This document shows positions 12,201 to 26,018 of a stretch of 64,000 nt of DNA, piece after piece. A program made the position numbers and the translations under genes. The notes below the pieces were generated by a model that searched no databases, was not told the origin of the DNA, and worked only from the letters and a program-made list of their open reading frames with translations. Source of the stretch: Octopus vulgaris (lineage: Eukaryota). Location of the stretch: the NCBI GenBank assembly GCA_951406725.2, contig OX597830.1:3720001-3784000 (forward strand), read 5' to 3'. Position 1 is the stretch's first letter; the number at the start of each line of letters is the position of its first letter.

Positions 12201-13889
12201 TAATAGTAATGATAGTAATAATGATGATAATGCCCTGATGCAGTACCAGGCAGTGGCTCTCATGGCTTTTGATCTTAATTGATTGGAAGTGTCCTCATGT
12301 ACATTGTTTTGTTTTGGTATAAAAGATGGGCTACAGCAAATATTCTGCTCAATACCACAGATTTGCTTGTCAGTTGTTTGACCTTAACCAGTTGAGCATG
12401 TCCCTTAGCGGCTGATGATATGTGCATCTCTGATCACGAGCAGAAGTAGTGGGGGAGCATCATAGCCATGTGTTGAGAGGAATCCTTTGGGCTTTGGATA
12501 ATTCACCTCTGGAAACATGGGTGTTTCATTCAACATCCTTAAACAAGCCTTATTCAGGGACTGTTTGAATGGGAATGGACTACTCATCCCGAAGAAAATT
12601 CTGAGCCCCACCTGTTCATAATATATGATGAGCTGTGTGTAGTTACCATCAAGCAAATTTCTCGCACAAAGTTTTGGTTAACCCAAAGGCTGTAACAGAT
12701 AACACTTGCTTAAGTGCCATCTGGTGGGATTAAACCAGAAACTACACAGTTACAAAATGAGCTTCTTAACCGGACAGCCATAAGATCATCTTCTGATAAT
12801 AATACTCTGTTAAATAAAATGGTTGTTTAATCATCAGAAATCAAATGTTTTTGCTAATCATTATTGTGGATCTTTATATTTGATGTAATCATCGGAAGCA
12901 GAAAGGTGTCTGCTTGGTTTCGTGTAAAATAGATGTAAGATAGACTTTTTCTGATATTAGTTGATTGAAACGGTATAACTGATTATATGTTACTTACCAA
13001 TTGTTATCACTGAATCTACTAATTGGTCCTTTACAAGTTTGTGATATTAACACATTGCAACATGAGCTGAGATAACAACTAATGTCTCTGATTACATATT
13101 ACAGGTATTAAGAAATATTTGATAGAATTAGTTACATATAAAGTAATTACCTCAGACTTGAACAAATTATGTGTGAAGCTAAGTTAAGATATCATTGTTG
13201 CAGCTTTTAAGTGAAATACAAAGGAATTAAAACTTTGTATTTTTCTGTTATTTGTTCCAGTCAGAGGCTGTGGCCATACTGGGATACAGCTAATGATAGG
13301 ATCGCTTGTTTATTTCATTTTAGAAGTAGGAAGTTGAACAATGCCATTCATATTAGTATTTTGCGTCATGAAGTGGGTACTTTTTCTAATATAAAATACA
13401 TCTTCATCCCATAGTCATCTGGGTCTTTTTTTTTGGTAAGATATTGAAAAACTATTGACCCTTGTGTCCTACACTGTTACAATATTTGTCCTTACTCAAA
13501 ATGCGAAAATTAGAGGTTTTCGATACTATACAGTGGTATCCTGTCCAGGGGTTAGTATTGTGTGGATAAATCACAAAAATGGGCAATATCAATTCATTTC
13601 AGCAAATTTAATTTGTGAATTACATTCTATTTCTTCATGAGATGTCCTAAAGAGAAATTTAGTTTGTTTCATGTTATTTTACAAGTTGCTAGAAGTTGTG
13701 TAAATTTACAAATTTAATAATCTACAATTTGTAGTAAAGGATTATTTAAGATATTATGGTTTTGATTGGTACTAAACTTTTATGGAGCCTTCATTTCCAA
13801 ACATAAGAACAATAATATTAGAATGTTAACCATGTTGCATATTTTCTATTTAATAAATAATTAGATAAATGAGTTACTTTTTTTTACTT

Positions 13890-14405
13890 ATTTGAAACAT
13901 CATCATCATTTTTATATGTTTTTCTATGCTGGCATGGGTTGGAAGAGTCTTTTCCATCACAGTATCCTGCTATTTGTTGTACTCCTTTGTTTTCTCCTGC
14001 AATCAGCTTCACCACTTCTGTTCATGTCTTTCTTAGTCCTTCTCATCCACATCAATCTTCTCACACTTTGTCATTCATATGTCATCCTCCTGATGGTTTC
14101 TTCCACATCAATCTTCTAACACTTCGTCATTCATCTGTCATCACCCATGTTAGTGCCGCCATTGCTCTTGCATGTCACATCTGATTCCTGCCATGCTTTT
14201 CTCTCTCAGCTCATCTTTGCTTCATCGTTCATCACTCATCTAACATCACTCATCCAACGCATCAGGCTTCCTTCATTTCTTTCCACCCTTCACACATCTT
14301 CTGCATTCAATGCTCACATCTCACTATCATGCTGCATCACAGTTTGTACACCTGCATCATATATAATCAACCATTCACCTGAAAGAGACAATCCACTTCC
14401 CTCCT
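13890..14405 (-). mobile_element. Old RTE LINE 3' fragment
   Basis: Minus strand encodes VQTVMQHDSEM*ALNAEDV*RVERNEGSLMRWMSDV, homologous to TAMLHGSETWAVTAEDMRKLARNEASMLRWMCNV of the RTE at 41230-41335. It ends in a (GAT)n tail. Confidence 0.75.
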
Positions 14406-14450
14406 TTAAAATAATTTATTTATGGATATGATATACAAAACAGAAACATA

Positions 14451-14862
14451 GGCACAGGAGTGGCTGTGTGGTAAGTAGCTTGTTTACCAACCACATGGTT
14501 CTGGGTTCATTCCCACTGCGTGGTATCTTGGGCAAGTGTCTTCTACTAGAGCCTCGGGCTGACCAAAACCTTGTGAGTGGATCTGGTAGACGGAAACTGA
14601 AAGAAGCCAGTCGTATATATGTATATATATATATATACGCGTGTGTGTGTTTGTGTGTCTGTTTGTCCCCCTAGCATTGCTTGACAACCGATGCTGGTGT
14701 GTTTATGTCCCCGTTACTTAGCAGTTTGGCAAAAGAGACCGATAGAATAAGTACTGGGCTTACAAAAGAATAAGTCCCGGGGTCGAGTTGCTCGATTAAA
14801 GGTGGTGCTCCAGCATGGCCGCAGTCAAATGACTGAAACAAGTAAAAGAGAGTAAACGAGTA
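14451..14862 (+). mobile_element. tRNA-derived SINE family 1, full-length
   Basis: tRNA-like head (TGGCTGTGTGG A box, GGTTCATTCC B box), CTTGGGCAAGT core, internal (TA)/(TG) tract and tail CAGCATGGCCGCAGTCAAATGACTGAAACAAGTAAAAGAG. Partial copies at 1-135(+), 3471-3625(-), 11690-11800(+), 29197-29333(-), 50650-51020(-) and 53700-53870(-). Confidence 0.9.
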
Positions 14863-15149
14863 TTACAATAAATATGAAGTTGATTGAAACAAAGAAATGC
14901 TATTATTCCTTGATTCGAATGACAATCTTATAAATTAGACTAATTCATGTATATTCGGAAGAATTTGACACTGAAAAATGTACTCTCATCCCCCAAAGAA
15001 ATATTTTCTTTTTATTTTACATTTGACATTCATTATATTTGGAAAAATTTTAATTGCCTCTAATGAGTTCTAGAAAAGCTGTGTCAGTTTAAGTGTGGCC
15101 AAAAGATTAAGGAGAAATTTTCTTTAACATATTTTAAAATTGTGATAGA

Positions 15150-15976
15150 ATATTTGAATGTGTTTTGTCTTTAGACTGCATTTCCTTGAAAATGATAAAT
15201 AAAAAGCTGTTCTCATTCAGCTGCTATAAAGACGTACAAGATGAAACAGACATGAAATTTGAAAGCATCTGTAGTCATTGAGAAAGGATGTTAGTAAATG
15301 TACTTCATCTGTTCCGTGACTGGCAATATCTTTTCTTTCGACAAAGATCTCCAGTAGATACCTGAACAAAAAGCATCCAAGAAACTTTCTTAACAAAAGA
15401 GATGGTTTTGAAATGCCAGTAGCATATTATCTGCTGCAGGCTGTTTTAATCTCACCAATCCTTACTGGTAAGAGTTGCACTGTTCAAAAGCCCAAATATT
15501 TCTTCTGTAGTTTAAAATATCTTGGTAAGTAGACCAGTGTTCACTGCTGAGATATTTATAAAAGAGTCTTGTTATTTCCTTCTGACTATGAAAAAAAAAG
15601 ATTGTTTTCAATTTGCCTTTGAAAGCTGGGTTAACATTTTCTCCTTTCAAAACTGGACTAACATACTTTTACGTTTAAAATCAAGTGTCAATAATTGAAT
15701 AAGTTTAAAATGAGTGTCTTTGTGAAATATTTCGACTGACTGCTTTGTACTTTCGATATTTCTCATTAACAGATTGTTTGTGTTGGTTTGTTCTCTTTTA
15801 GAAACAGTGGATTTGCAGAACCTGCAGAGTAATGGTTTAAAATATCTGATTCCAAATCCTTCTAAAATAGACTTTACCTTTACCAGTTGATTATTGGGGG
15901 TGAAATAATTGACAATGTTCTGAAGCCTTGTGGTGTCTTTATTAAAAAGGCAGTGTCTTGGCAGAAACATTAGCAC
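15150..15976 (-). pseudogene. Highly degenerate CR1/L2-group RT C-terminal relic
   Basis: Fragments NNQLVKVKSILEGFGI, YVSPVL and SQKEITRL...STYQDIL resemble in order the V.S..DLGI, YVRPILEY and VQRRFTR...SY.ERL motifs. Many stops. Confidence 0.45.
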
Positions 15977-16778
15977 CTTGGACTCAGCTGTATTTAGTTA
16001 AAGCTGTTTGCATTCTGAGTTCAAATCTTTGAATGATCAACTTTGATTTTCTCCACTCTAGGATCAATGAAATGAATAGCAGTCAGGTACTGAGGTTGAT
16101 TTAATATTCCATCATTTTGAGTCCTTCCATCTTTTTGGAGTCAGCAAAAAATTACCAATTTAGGGCAGTGGATTGTCAGAACTGTTAGAGGATTGAACTG
16201 GCTGCTTTGTGATATAAGTTTGGTTCTTTGCGTTCTGACAGCAATTTTTTTATGACACTGGTGCTAAAGAGTATCAGTCCAAGTTGACAAACATTTCCTT
16301 GGGAAAATCATTGAAGGAATAGGAAGGGGAGACAATCTTTCTTTCTCAAAAAAGACTTGTCTCAGTCTGTGAATATTTATAGAATCCTGATTGACTTTGA
16401 CTGATGGATGTCCTAGAAGCATTGCAAATAATGGAAATAGGTGGGAGATATACAGGATCTTTTTATTTATATCATATATGTCAGGTATAATATAATATAC
16501 ATGTGGGCCATAGGCAGATGTGAAGGAAAATTGGGAGTGGACCATTTTAAAAAGAATTGTTGCTGATACATGGTTAATTGACTAGCTAAAAATAGCAACA
16601 AAATCTTCCTCAAATCACTTTATCTCCTTAAATAAGGAGAAATACACTGAAGAAAATAGTCTCTGATAGACAAAAAGATGAGAAGCTCCAGAATGGCACA
16701 TCTTTCACCATACATGTGCTCAAACAAAGTTGACATGACATTAAACAACAACAACAACTGCTGCTGCTGCTGCTGCTG

Positions 16779-16819
<41 letters not shown>

Positions 16820-16869
16820 GCTGCTGCTGCTACTGCTACTACTACTACTACTACTACTACTACACAGGC

Positions 16870-17071
16870 TAATGAAAGATCCTCAACGTATTTACTTCAC
16901 CTGCTACACATGGCAGTCAAACCTCACTCAAATCACCTGCTGCCATATTAAATAAGGAAAGAGACACATTAAGAAATGTCATAATACGTATCTTAAATGA
17001 GGGAACGGTCATGGTTGGATTGTATTCGATCATAGGTCTGTGCTCAATCAGGATTAACCTGGAGCCAAACA
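16870..17071 (-). repeat. Unclassified dispersed repeat
   Basis: Degenerate homologues at ~4505-4590(+), 7830-7980(+), 8440-8600(-) and 16570-16750(-). Shared motifs resemble TTGTTTAGCCCCAGGT...CTGATTGAGCAGACCTATGATC and GATTTGAGGGAGATTTGGCTGCTATTTCTAGC. Confidence 0.55.
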
Positions 17072-17358
17072 ACATCACAACCATAACAACAACTAACATC
17101 CAAGTGAATGAAATCTTCAGACGTAAAAGAATAAATAGAGCAGAAGTTTCATGGCTGCATGCATTTATCTTCATCTTTGTTTGTATGAAGGGAAAGAACG
17201 ATGCTAAAGATAAAGGAAGATGGTTCTGAGAATTGATTATTGCAAAATAATGATTATTGATATATTTAGGTTAAATATCACTTGAAAAATTTGGAATATA
17301 TGGGACAGATTTCACTTTATATGGGAGTGCAACTACCTACATTTTATCTCTCTCTGTC

Positions 17359-17420
<62 letters not shown>

Positions 17421-17579
17421 CTCTCACACAAACACATACATCTATATATGTATGCATACATATACGAATGCACACACACATATATATACATAGAAAGGGA
17501 GTGAAAGAGAGAAGGTTATATACACATATACAGACACACATGCATACAATGTGTGTGTGTTTATATATAGCTATCTGAT

Positions 17580-18200
17580 TCCTCTATACTCTCATTCCCT
17601 CATAATCGTTTGCGCTTCTCATACTTCCTCAAACATCACACCACTCTCAAACTCATTACTTCCAGTCTGTGCAGCCTGGCTGCTCCAGTGTTTGAACTGC
17701 TTAGCTTTTGGATGCGATGTCTATATCAACAGATAAATAGTAAAGTTATAAGATTGAGGATGGGCTTCACCTGCGCCAACCCCTTCAATGACTGCGTCAA
17801 GGCCCAAATTCTTTCTCACTTTATATGGTTGCTACAGAGACAACTGAATTAATATTGTTTGCTTCTCTCACAAACAACACCTTCTCATTTACTCATCTCC
17901 TTTCATCCATCCCTAGAATTCTTTTCTCTCATCTCTAAAGCCATCATCAGTTTCTCTGGATATTTCTCTGTCTCCATCGACCACATCAACCATTCCCTCA
18001 TTGCAACTGAATTCCACAAACACTTCAATCCTTACTTCTACCTTGATGTTTTTTCTCCTCTTGCCCTTCCCTCATTAAGAATACTATTCTTTACTCCCAA
18101 TTCCTTTGTTTTGCACAGTTTCTGTCATTCTGGTTCCACTCCCAAGACATTGATCAATCCAAATCAAGAATACACTTATCCAAAATGCCATTCAGTGATT
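17580..18200 (+). pseudogene. Highly degenerate CR1/L2-group LINE relic
   Basis: Fragments KAQILSHFIW and ISKAIISF resemble YKAQIRP..EYCSHIW and IQKKAIRL. The strand is pyrimidine-rich. Confidence 0.35.
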
Positions 18201-19101
18201 CCAAATTTGGAATCACAGGATTACAAAGACATTTTTAAACTAAACAGCAATTTTATAATAAGAAATGAATGTTTCAGAACATAAGATTTACAGCTGACTT
18301 AATTTCTTTGGAAACACTTTCATAATTTTCTGCTACTAAGAATGAATTAATATACTGATTACATATTTAACTCTAAACAGCTTTGTTCTTTGATTTTTTT
18401 CTTTTTTGTTCAGATATTTACTCACCAAAACATTTATGAATCAGAATTGTATCTTTGTTTGAAACTGACACCGGATTAGTTAATCCTAGTCACAAGTCGA
18501 ATTATAATCCACACAGATTTGATGCTGATTTAAAATTGTAGCACATGGGCAGCAATTTTGGGGGAATGGGTGAGTCACCTACATCAACTGCAGTAGATAA
18601 CTGGAACTTATTCTATCAACCCCAAAAGAATGAAAGTCTAATTCGACACCTGCAGAATATGAAACCAGAACGTGAAGACAGATGAAATGCAGCTGAGCAT
18701 TCAGCCCAACATGCTAACATTTCTGCCATTTCACTGCATTAAACAACACACATTTAATATTGGGCACTTGTGCCCCGTGCTAGTAGGGTGCTAAGAGCAC
18801 CATCCGAGCGGGATCATTGCCAGAGCGGCTAACTGGCTTTGCTGGTGGCAAGTAAGGGCACCATTCGAGCAGGATCGTTACCAGCATTGCTTTACTAGCA
18901 CCTGTGCTGTTGGCATGTGTAAAAAGATTCGAGCAAGGTCGTTGACAGTACCACCTGACTGGCCCCCATGCCAGTGGCACGTAAAAACATCCATCTGTAG
19001 AAACTCTGCCAAATCAAGACTGGAGCCTTGTGCAGCCATCTGGTTTGCCAGCCCTCAGTCATACGTCCAACCCATGCTAGCATGGAAAGCGGACATTAAA
19101 C

Positions 19102-19137
<36 letters not shown>

Positions 19138-20829
19138 AACATTTTAACTATTCATTGTTTCGTAAAGGATTGTTCTAGAAAGATAATGAAGTTATTTCTC
19201 AATGGTTCGATCCAGAATTCAAGACTGTAGAGTTTTGTGGTTTTCTTTTAAGTTGTGCATATTTTTAAGAAAAATTTCTTATTTCCAAACTGAATTAAAG
19301 TGTGTAGTTTGTAAATGATTTGAATAATATATTTGATGTGTTTGGGTTTCTCTATGTGAAGACTTTGCAAAATAAATAAATAGAAAGAATAACATACATA
19401 TTTCTCCTATTACATTTCAAAGCAATATGTGAAGTTATTAATATATACTGAGTGTGAATTCAATTAAATTATCTTGCACATGTATTCACACTACCGTGAT
19501 TTGCATGTTGCTTTTAATAACTTTATTAGATTTTCACATATAAACATCACGCTAACATCACTAATCGATAAAACACACTAATAAAACAATTTCATTTTTA
19601 TTACCACTGCAGATTTGTAATTCCTTCGAGTAAATAAAAAAAACAACAACAGTCCCAACAAAAGCTCAACAAAAATATTCAGAATTACTTCATAGTTTTG
19701 CTGTCTAAATTGAAATTATCTTTGAGACTCAGATTATATTATCCTAAAACCATTCTTGTTAGAAAATTTATTAATGTCTTCCTATTAAAATTATATTGGA
19801 ATTCGGTAAATACTTTGTTTAGCTGTGAAAGCAAGGTTAATGGAATAGTGTTATTGTTTCTTTACAACAAAAATCTTACCTTTCTTCACAAAAAATATGT
19901 CACATCTGTGAAGACCTGGTGTTTGGATTAATCCAAACTACACTCCTGGGAAACTAGGAAAAGCACTTGTTGCTTTGTCTTTTGGTTTTCTTTTGACTCC
20001 AGTTTTGCCTCAAAGAATGACAAAAGTGTTTTATGAGAGCGGGCCAAAATAACCAAAATATCAATCACTCCATTTTGCTCCCTCACATCAACTCTGGTCT
20101 TTCTCTTCATCTCCATTTATTTATAAATTAATTCCTTTCTTGATATTTGCCTGGTTGGTTACTGTCATTTTCTGATGCAAGATCTGATCAGCAGAGTTTT
20201 TGTGGTTTCTGTACAGTTCAGAAAATGGTGAAGATTACATGTCTTTCACTTTCTACATACCAATCCAGAATGCCTTAAACCTATTATCTAATTACACAGA
20301 GTGTTCTCAAGTATTTTTGTATCCACAGACCCTTTCGTTTATTATTTTATTCCGGTGGACCCCTATAGACATTCCGTGTTTATAAACTAGTTTTATAGAT
20401 ACTTCTTTCAAAATTCCTATTTTCTTTTGCTTGTGTAGGTTGAACAATGTAAAACATAAGAGAAAGAAACCTAGATGTTTCTTTCTCTAACATAGCAACA
20501 CATACACATAAAGCAAAACGTTTTCAGAGGCCCTTAAAACACTATTGTTGATCCCCAATTTACTATTTTGTTGCATGGACCCCACAAAATCTTATTATGG
20601 GCCCTCAGGGGCCACATGGAACTGCTGATTTAATATAAAGCTTTTAATGCTTAGATATATCTACTCAAAACTTTATGACTGTTAACTACAGAAAATGATT
20701 TTATATACCAATCTATCATCTGTTGCCATATATTGTGTATATTATGAAGCAATGTAACAGAAAATACTAATTCTATTTCTTTTTGGATGACCAACATCAA
20801 CTCAGGAATGACCATGAAATTTAATTATG

Positions 20830-21139
20830 CAGTTAAAAGGTTAAAGTAATGAAACACATGCGATGAGGTAGGAACGTTGTCCAAAAATCTGTTCCTGAGA
20901 TAACCATTCCACTCAGAAATATTGTCACAAGAATTAGGATAATGGCCATCAGTGCTCTTGACCGCTGTCAGTCCCTTTTTTATGGTTGAGTTTGATGTTG
21001 ACCATTCAGTTATATATCTGTTAGTTGGTATCTGCAAGAACAGAACTGGTGAGGGAATTCCTGTAGAATGGCAGTTCTGAAGAGGAATGGTTGTCAAAAG
21101 TATATGTTTGGAAATTTGAGAAAAGAAATGAAGATGTTG

Positions 21140-21174
<35 letters not shown>

Positions 21175-22130
21175 GGGAAGGGGTGGGTGGTCTCTGTTGA
21201 GTAAAACTAGACGGTTAGTGTCAATATCTAGCTTGTTCAGAAGAGCAGAGAACAATGGAATACATGATGAAGAGAGAGCCAAGAATTGAGATATGTGAGT
21301 TTTTTTTATCACTGAGGTGGGTGGCATTGTTTGATTATCCAAGGCAGCTGAGCCATATCTATTGTTACTTGTGCAGTCAAACACATCTAAGCCATATCTA
21401 AACAGAATGTTAGCAGGGATTTTTTTGAGAGTATAAACTGATTGAAACTCAAATATTTTCTCTCCTCGTTGTGATGCAGTTTTGGCAATGTTATCTATGT
21501 AAAGTTGCTGTGAGATCATCAGAAACCATGGGGTCTTAGCATCTGTAGGATTTTTGAGCAGATCAAGAACAAGACTGTGTCCTTCACATTTGCTAGTGAA
21601 TGTTGTCTCTGTGTCGTTCTAGGAGACAAGGTTACCACATACCATTTGAAAGCCGTTCTTAAGGTTTCATTTTATAAAGGCAAGGCAGGGTGGATTTACA
21701 ACATAAAGTGATGACATCTCTGTGAAGAAGATTGTTGAAGTGTGAAGATTGATATCTGGTTAGGAGAATTTGTTGTGTAAAGTGTTAATTTGTACATCAT
21801 TCACATATAAGGAAAGAAAAAATAGTATGAGAGACATAGCCAAACCTTGAAGTATTCCAGAACTGATAAAATGAATTTTATTAAAAACCACAAAAATATA
21901 AGATCCTATGCTTAAGATATTATGAAGGAACTGATAGTCATGGTTACATGAAAAGAAGCAGCTGAAACCATATGAAGAAACTGCTCAAAGATGACGGTAA
22001 CTAGTCTGTCAAATTTAATAAAATATGATTGGATTTGATTGGTTAGTTTATAAAGGTGGAAGAGAGAGTGAACAAAATGATGCGATTCAGTCACTTGAGA
22101 TACTGCAATATCCATCAATAATGCCATTTC
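20830..22130 (-). pseudogene. Degenerate CR1/L2-group RT relic
   Basis: Fragments MALLMDIAVS and YIDNIAKTASQR resemble IALDISKAF and HI..IAK.ASQK of CR1/L2-group RTs. Confidence 0.45.
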
Positions 22131-25100
22131 ACTAAAACCGAAAGTCGGTTCTTATATTTGTATCTTAAAGATATTTGTATCCAAAGATATTTTGATGAAA
22201 AAAAAAATCAAGAAGCAATAAAAAATTATTCTTTTATTACCTAATTGAGAATGATTTGACTCATCAATGCTATTTCCTAATTACTAAATTACTACAAGTG
22301 GTTTTCTCTAATAAATGTCCACACATGTACAACGACCGTTAATAAGCTTAAAGAGAAATAAATTAACAAGGTTGCCGTGATTATTGCCAGAGACTGCATT
22401 CAGACATAATCAATTGTGTATTTTATATTTACTTGGGAAAAGAACATTGCAAAGATTTTTGTTGGTAAGGTCAACCCCGATATGTATATTTGTATCTTGA
22501 ACGTCTTAATGTGTGTATGTGCGTGTATGTGTGCCTGTGTGTAAATATATATATATGAAATTAAATAACGAAGGAACTGGATATTATGCATTGACCTTCA
22601 TTAGCACAAAGCTGTTTCTGCTATAAGATGCAGTGCACTCAGATTGAGGGCATGTGCATCATCATGTACCTTCCTTAGAGCTTCAAAAATGCTGAGTTCT
22701 AACACCAGGTTATTAGTGTTGCTGTATCTAAGTAATACATATATATATATATATATATATGATTATGAGAAGCATATCAAAAGGATATCCTTTAATACAG
22801 CACAACTCATTACCACTCTTCAGGAGCAATAAGAATATAAGCAAGAATGGAGAAGAAATTTCTAAGGTTAGGTCCCTTTATCGAATTAAATCGCTTCTTA
22901 TACAGTATCATTTCAAGTACAGACATACAAATCATGAAACCGTATGAAACATAAATGTACCTGCATTAAAACATTCAGTGTTAAGCATTCAAATATTAAG
23001 AATTTGAGTTAGGAATTCAAGGAGTGCTCATATACGAAGAATTAGAATGATTCTTTATTGAGTACATATTTTCATGCTTATTTCGAAAAATTGTGGTTTG
23101 AAGTGGGCAAGTTTTCCATCCATAACAATTGACCACATTTCTCTCATCAGAGGTATATTAAGGTTCTAAAAGAGTTCAAAATATTATAGAATTTTAAAGT
23201 GTTTTAAGGTAATATTAAATTTTTAAAAAGAATTGTAAAAAATCCTAAAAATATATGAATTTTCCTTAAATTACAGGTGTTGAATCAATGGAGCATATTG
23301 TTCATGTTAGAGGAGGGACATGAATGGTTCAAATTAAACCTAAGTTAAACTTTTAAATAAACTATTAGATTATTGATGATCAATTTTAGGGTGAGTTCAT
23401 GCATGTGGAAGATAGATGGGATCAACTCCAAACTTTGGCTACGGAAAAATTTTTAAATATCATCCAATGTTAATAATTTGATTAAGAATTTATAAAAATC
23501 GCTTAATTGAGACAAAAAATTGCTTAAGTGAGAAGGTTGACAGGTTCAAACTCAGAACTTAGATCATTAAAAATAAAATATCAATGAATTAAAATATCAA
23601 AAATATATAGGAATTTTATGTTTAAACATTTATAAAAATTTGTTTCGTTTTCAGATGCTAAGTCAAATGAAATGAACTGAAGGTGGAGACTAAAATCTTA
23701 TAAGTTATTTGAGATAAATCCATGTTTGTAAGTTCAAAATTTTGATCTAATCATTTTCTGAAGAATTTAAATGTAGATAAGTACTTATGTCTACATGCAA
23801 TTATAATGTCAGAGATTTTGTTAAGATTTTTTTTATCTGTAGGAAGTATACTAATTGCTTCCTTAGTACATAACTTACACTTTCTGGTATGTGTCTTATA
23901 TGGAGTGGTTTTCATTATAATAGACCAGTTTATGTTGAATTCAACTTATATATAATACCCTTCTTCCACCCCTTTGATTTTCTTTGTCATTTGTACTCTG
24001 TGTAAGTTGGACCTATGTATGTAAATATATTTCATCATCGTTTAATGTCCATTTTCCATGCTTGCATGGGTAGGATGGTTGACAGGATCCAGCCAGACTA
24101 TTGTGTCTGTTTTAGCTGGGATTTTATGGATGTGTGCCCTTCCTAACACCTAATCTTAAATTACTTTATATTGTGCCTGTAAAGGTGTAAACTTGCTAGC
24201 CACTTTATTACTGTAAATAAAGGTAATAATACAACTTATATGTATGTATATACCTGTTCATGTATGCACACTCAAGCACACACACTTTCTTGGGTAACAA
24301 ACCAGAGGAGTATTCAAATACTAATATTGAGAATAGTATTTTATTTAAAAGCCAGTCCAGAGTAACAGGCCACTGGACTGGCGAAAATAAGTGATATTAT
24401 ATACACAGACACACAACTACATAAGGAGGCATATATATACATATATATTTTGGCCACTCTCATATTCAACCAACTAAATTTAACTGACAGCTTCCAAGTT
24501 ACTGTTTAGGAAGATTGAACTCAAAACCACAAGCCTCCAACATTAACCTCTTTATCATATCTATAAATGCACACAAACACACTCACACATGCACACTCAT
24601 ATGTTCATGCACACACACACACATTTAAGACGCAATACAGTCATCCCAACTTCACATTGTAAGCTATTCAAAAATGGTTACAAAAATCCCTAACAATTAA
24701 AAAGAAACTTTCAAGAAATGAATTGTCGATGGTGTAAGATGAACATTATTTTTGTTGCAACAAAAATTCTTATTTATGATTGTAAAATATTTCTTCTCAA
24801 GAATTTATTTATTTAATTTAAGCAGTCTTCTACTTCCCTGTCAGTTTTGACAGGTCATCTCTTAGAGTACCTGAACAATTCTATTTTTACTATTTCAGTG
24901 CTTCTTATTCCATCATTATTTCAACAAGTGTGAAGGTGGGGGTGTATGTTTGACTGATGAGGTGATAATACAGCATCAACCTGTCTGGAGTTGTCTCCCC
25001 TTACTTGCTAAAATAATCTGAATAATAACTTACCGATGCATGCATAGTATTTTGCTCCAATGACTAACAGTATATTACAGGATTCTTCCGTAGATTTTTA

Positions 25101-25241
25101 CCAAAACTCTATGTAGAATGTAGTTTTAAACTCTTTGTTGTTATATACTCAAAGATATTGTATATAAATGCAAAGTCTTGCCAATTGTCTGTTACATATC
25201 GCGTTGGCTAAAATATATCTATACACCTCACAGTACAAAAT

Positions 25242-25436
25242 TTAACCCTTTAGCATTTAAAGTGGCCCAAATATTTTATCTGTTTCATATTCAAACAGGC
25301 CAAATGCTGCCTTTCACACTTACCCTACAAGGCCATTAAGAAAATAAACAGTAACATCATCGAAATGTCAAAGCTGCGGGATAAGGCATGATTAACATGA
25401 ATAAATAAGCATTATATTAGGATTCCAAAGGATTAA
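25242..25436. mobile_element. piggyBac-type MITE
   Basis: Begins TTAA-CCCTTTAGCATT and ends GATTCCAAAGGA-TTAA (degenerate TIR). Internal homology to 6506-6709. Confidence 0.6.
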
Positions 25437-25785
25437 ATAATGTTAGTCACTAATTAATAATGCTGTTGTTATTTTTCTCTTGGTGAATAGCTTATTCTTT
25501 CTAGCTTAACTATTACTTGACTAGTTCTACTTTACTTCCACTAACAAAATAGAATGCAGTCTAAGAAAGACATCCTTATTACTAAGGGAAGATGGATTGC
25601 AGAATCATGAGGACATACACCAAAAATACTTTGTAGCATTTGACCTGAAATGTTTGGGGAAGGGGCCAGTCAATTAGATCGACCTCAGTAGGAAACTGGT
25701 ACTTAATTTATCGACCCCAAAAGGATGAAAGAAAAAGTCAACATCGGCAGAATTTGAACTCAGAATGTAAAGGCAGACGAGATAC

Positions 25786-26018
25786 CTATTTCTTTATTAC
25801 CCACAAGGGGCTAAACACAGAGGGGACAAACAAGGACAGACATAGGTATTAAGTCGATTACATCGACCCCAGTGCGTAACTGGTACTTAATTTATCGACC
25901 CCGAAAGGATGAAAGGCAAAGTCAACCTCGGCGGAATTTGAACTCACAACGTAAGGCAGACGAAATACCGCTAAGCATTTCGCCCGACGTGCTAACGTTA
26001 CTGCCAGCTCGCCGCCTT
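25786..26018 (-). mobile_element. tRNA-derived SINE family 2, full-length (partial tandem copy at 25655-25785)
   Basis: Minus strand AAGGCGGCGAGCTGGCAG...GAGTTCAAATTCCGCCGAGG...GCCTTTCATCCTTTCGGGGTCGATAAATTAAGTACCAG. Other copies at ~8034-8220(+), 18540-18740(-), 29412-29630(+), 29667-29880(+), 47270-47410(-) and 62900-63120(+). Confidence 0.88.

Noticed and set aside
12232-12625. GC-richer block that looks like an interspersed repeat or exon
   Set aside because: Single copy in this window with no convincing ORF, termini or splice pair; it cannot be classified without a search.
20297-20627. Possible hAT-type MITE (CAG..GTTCTCAA start, GGACCCC subrepeats)
   Set aside because: The right TIR and 8 bp TSD could not be verified.
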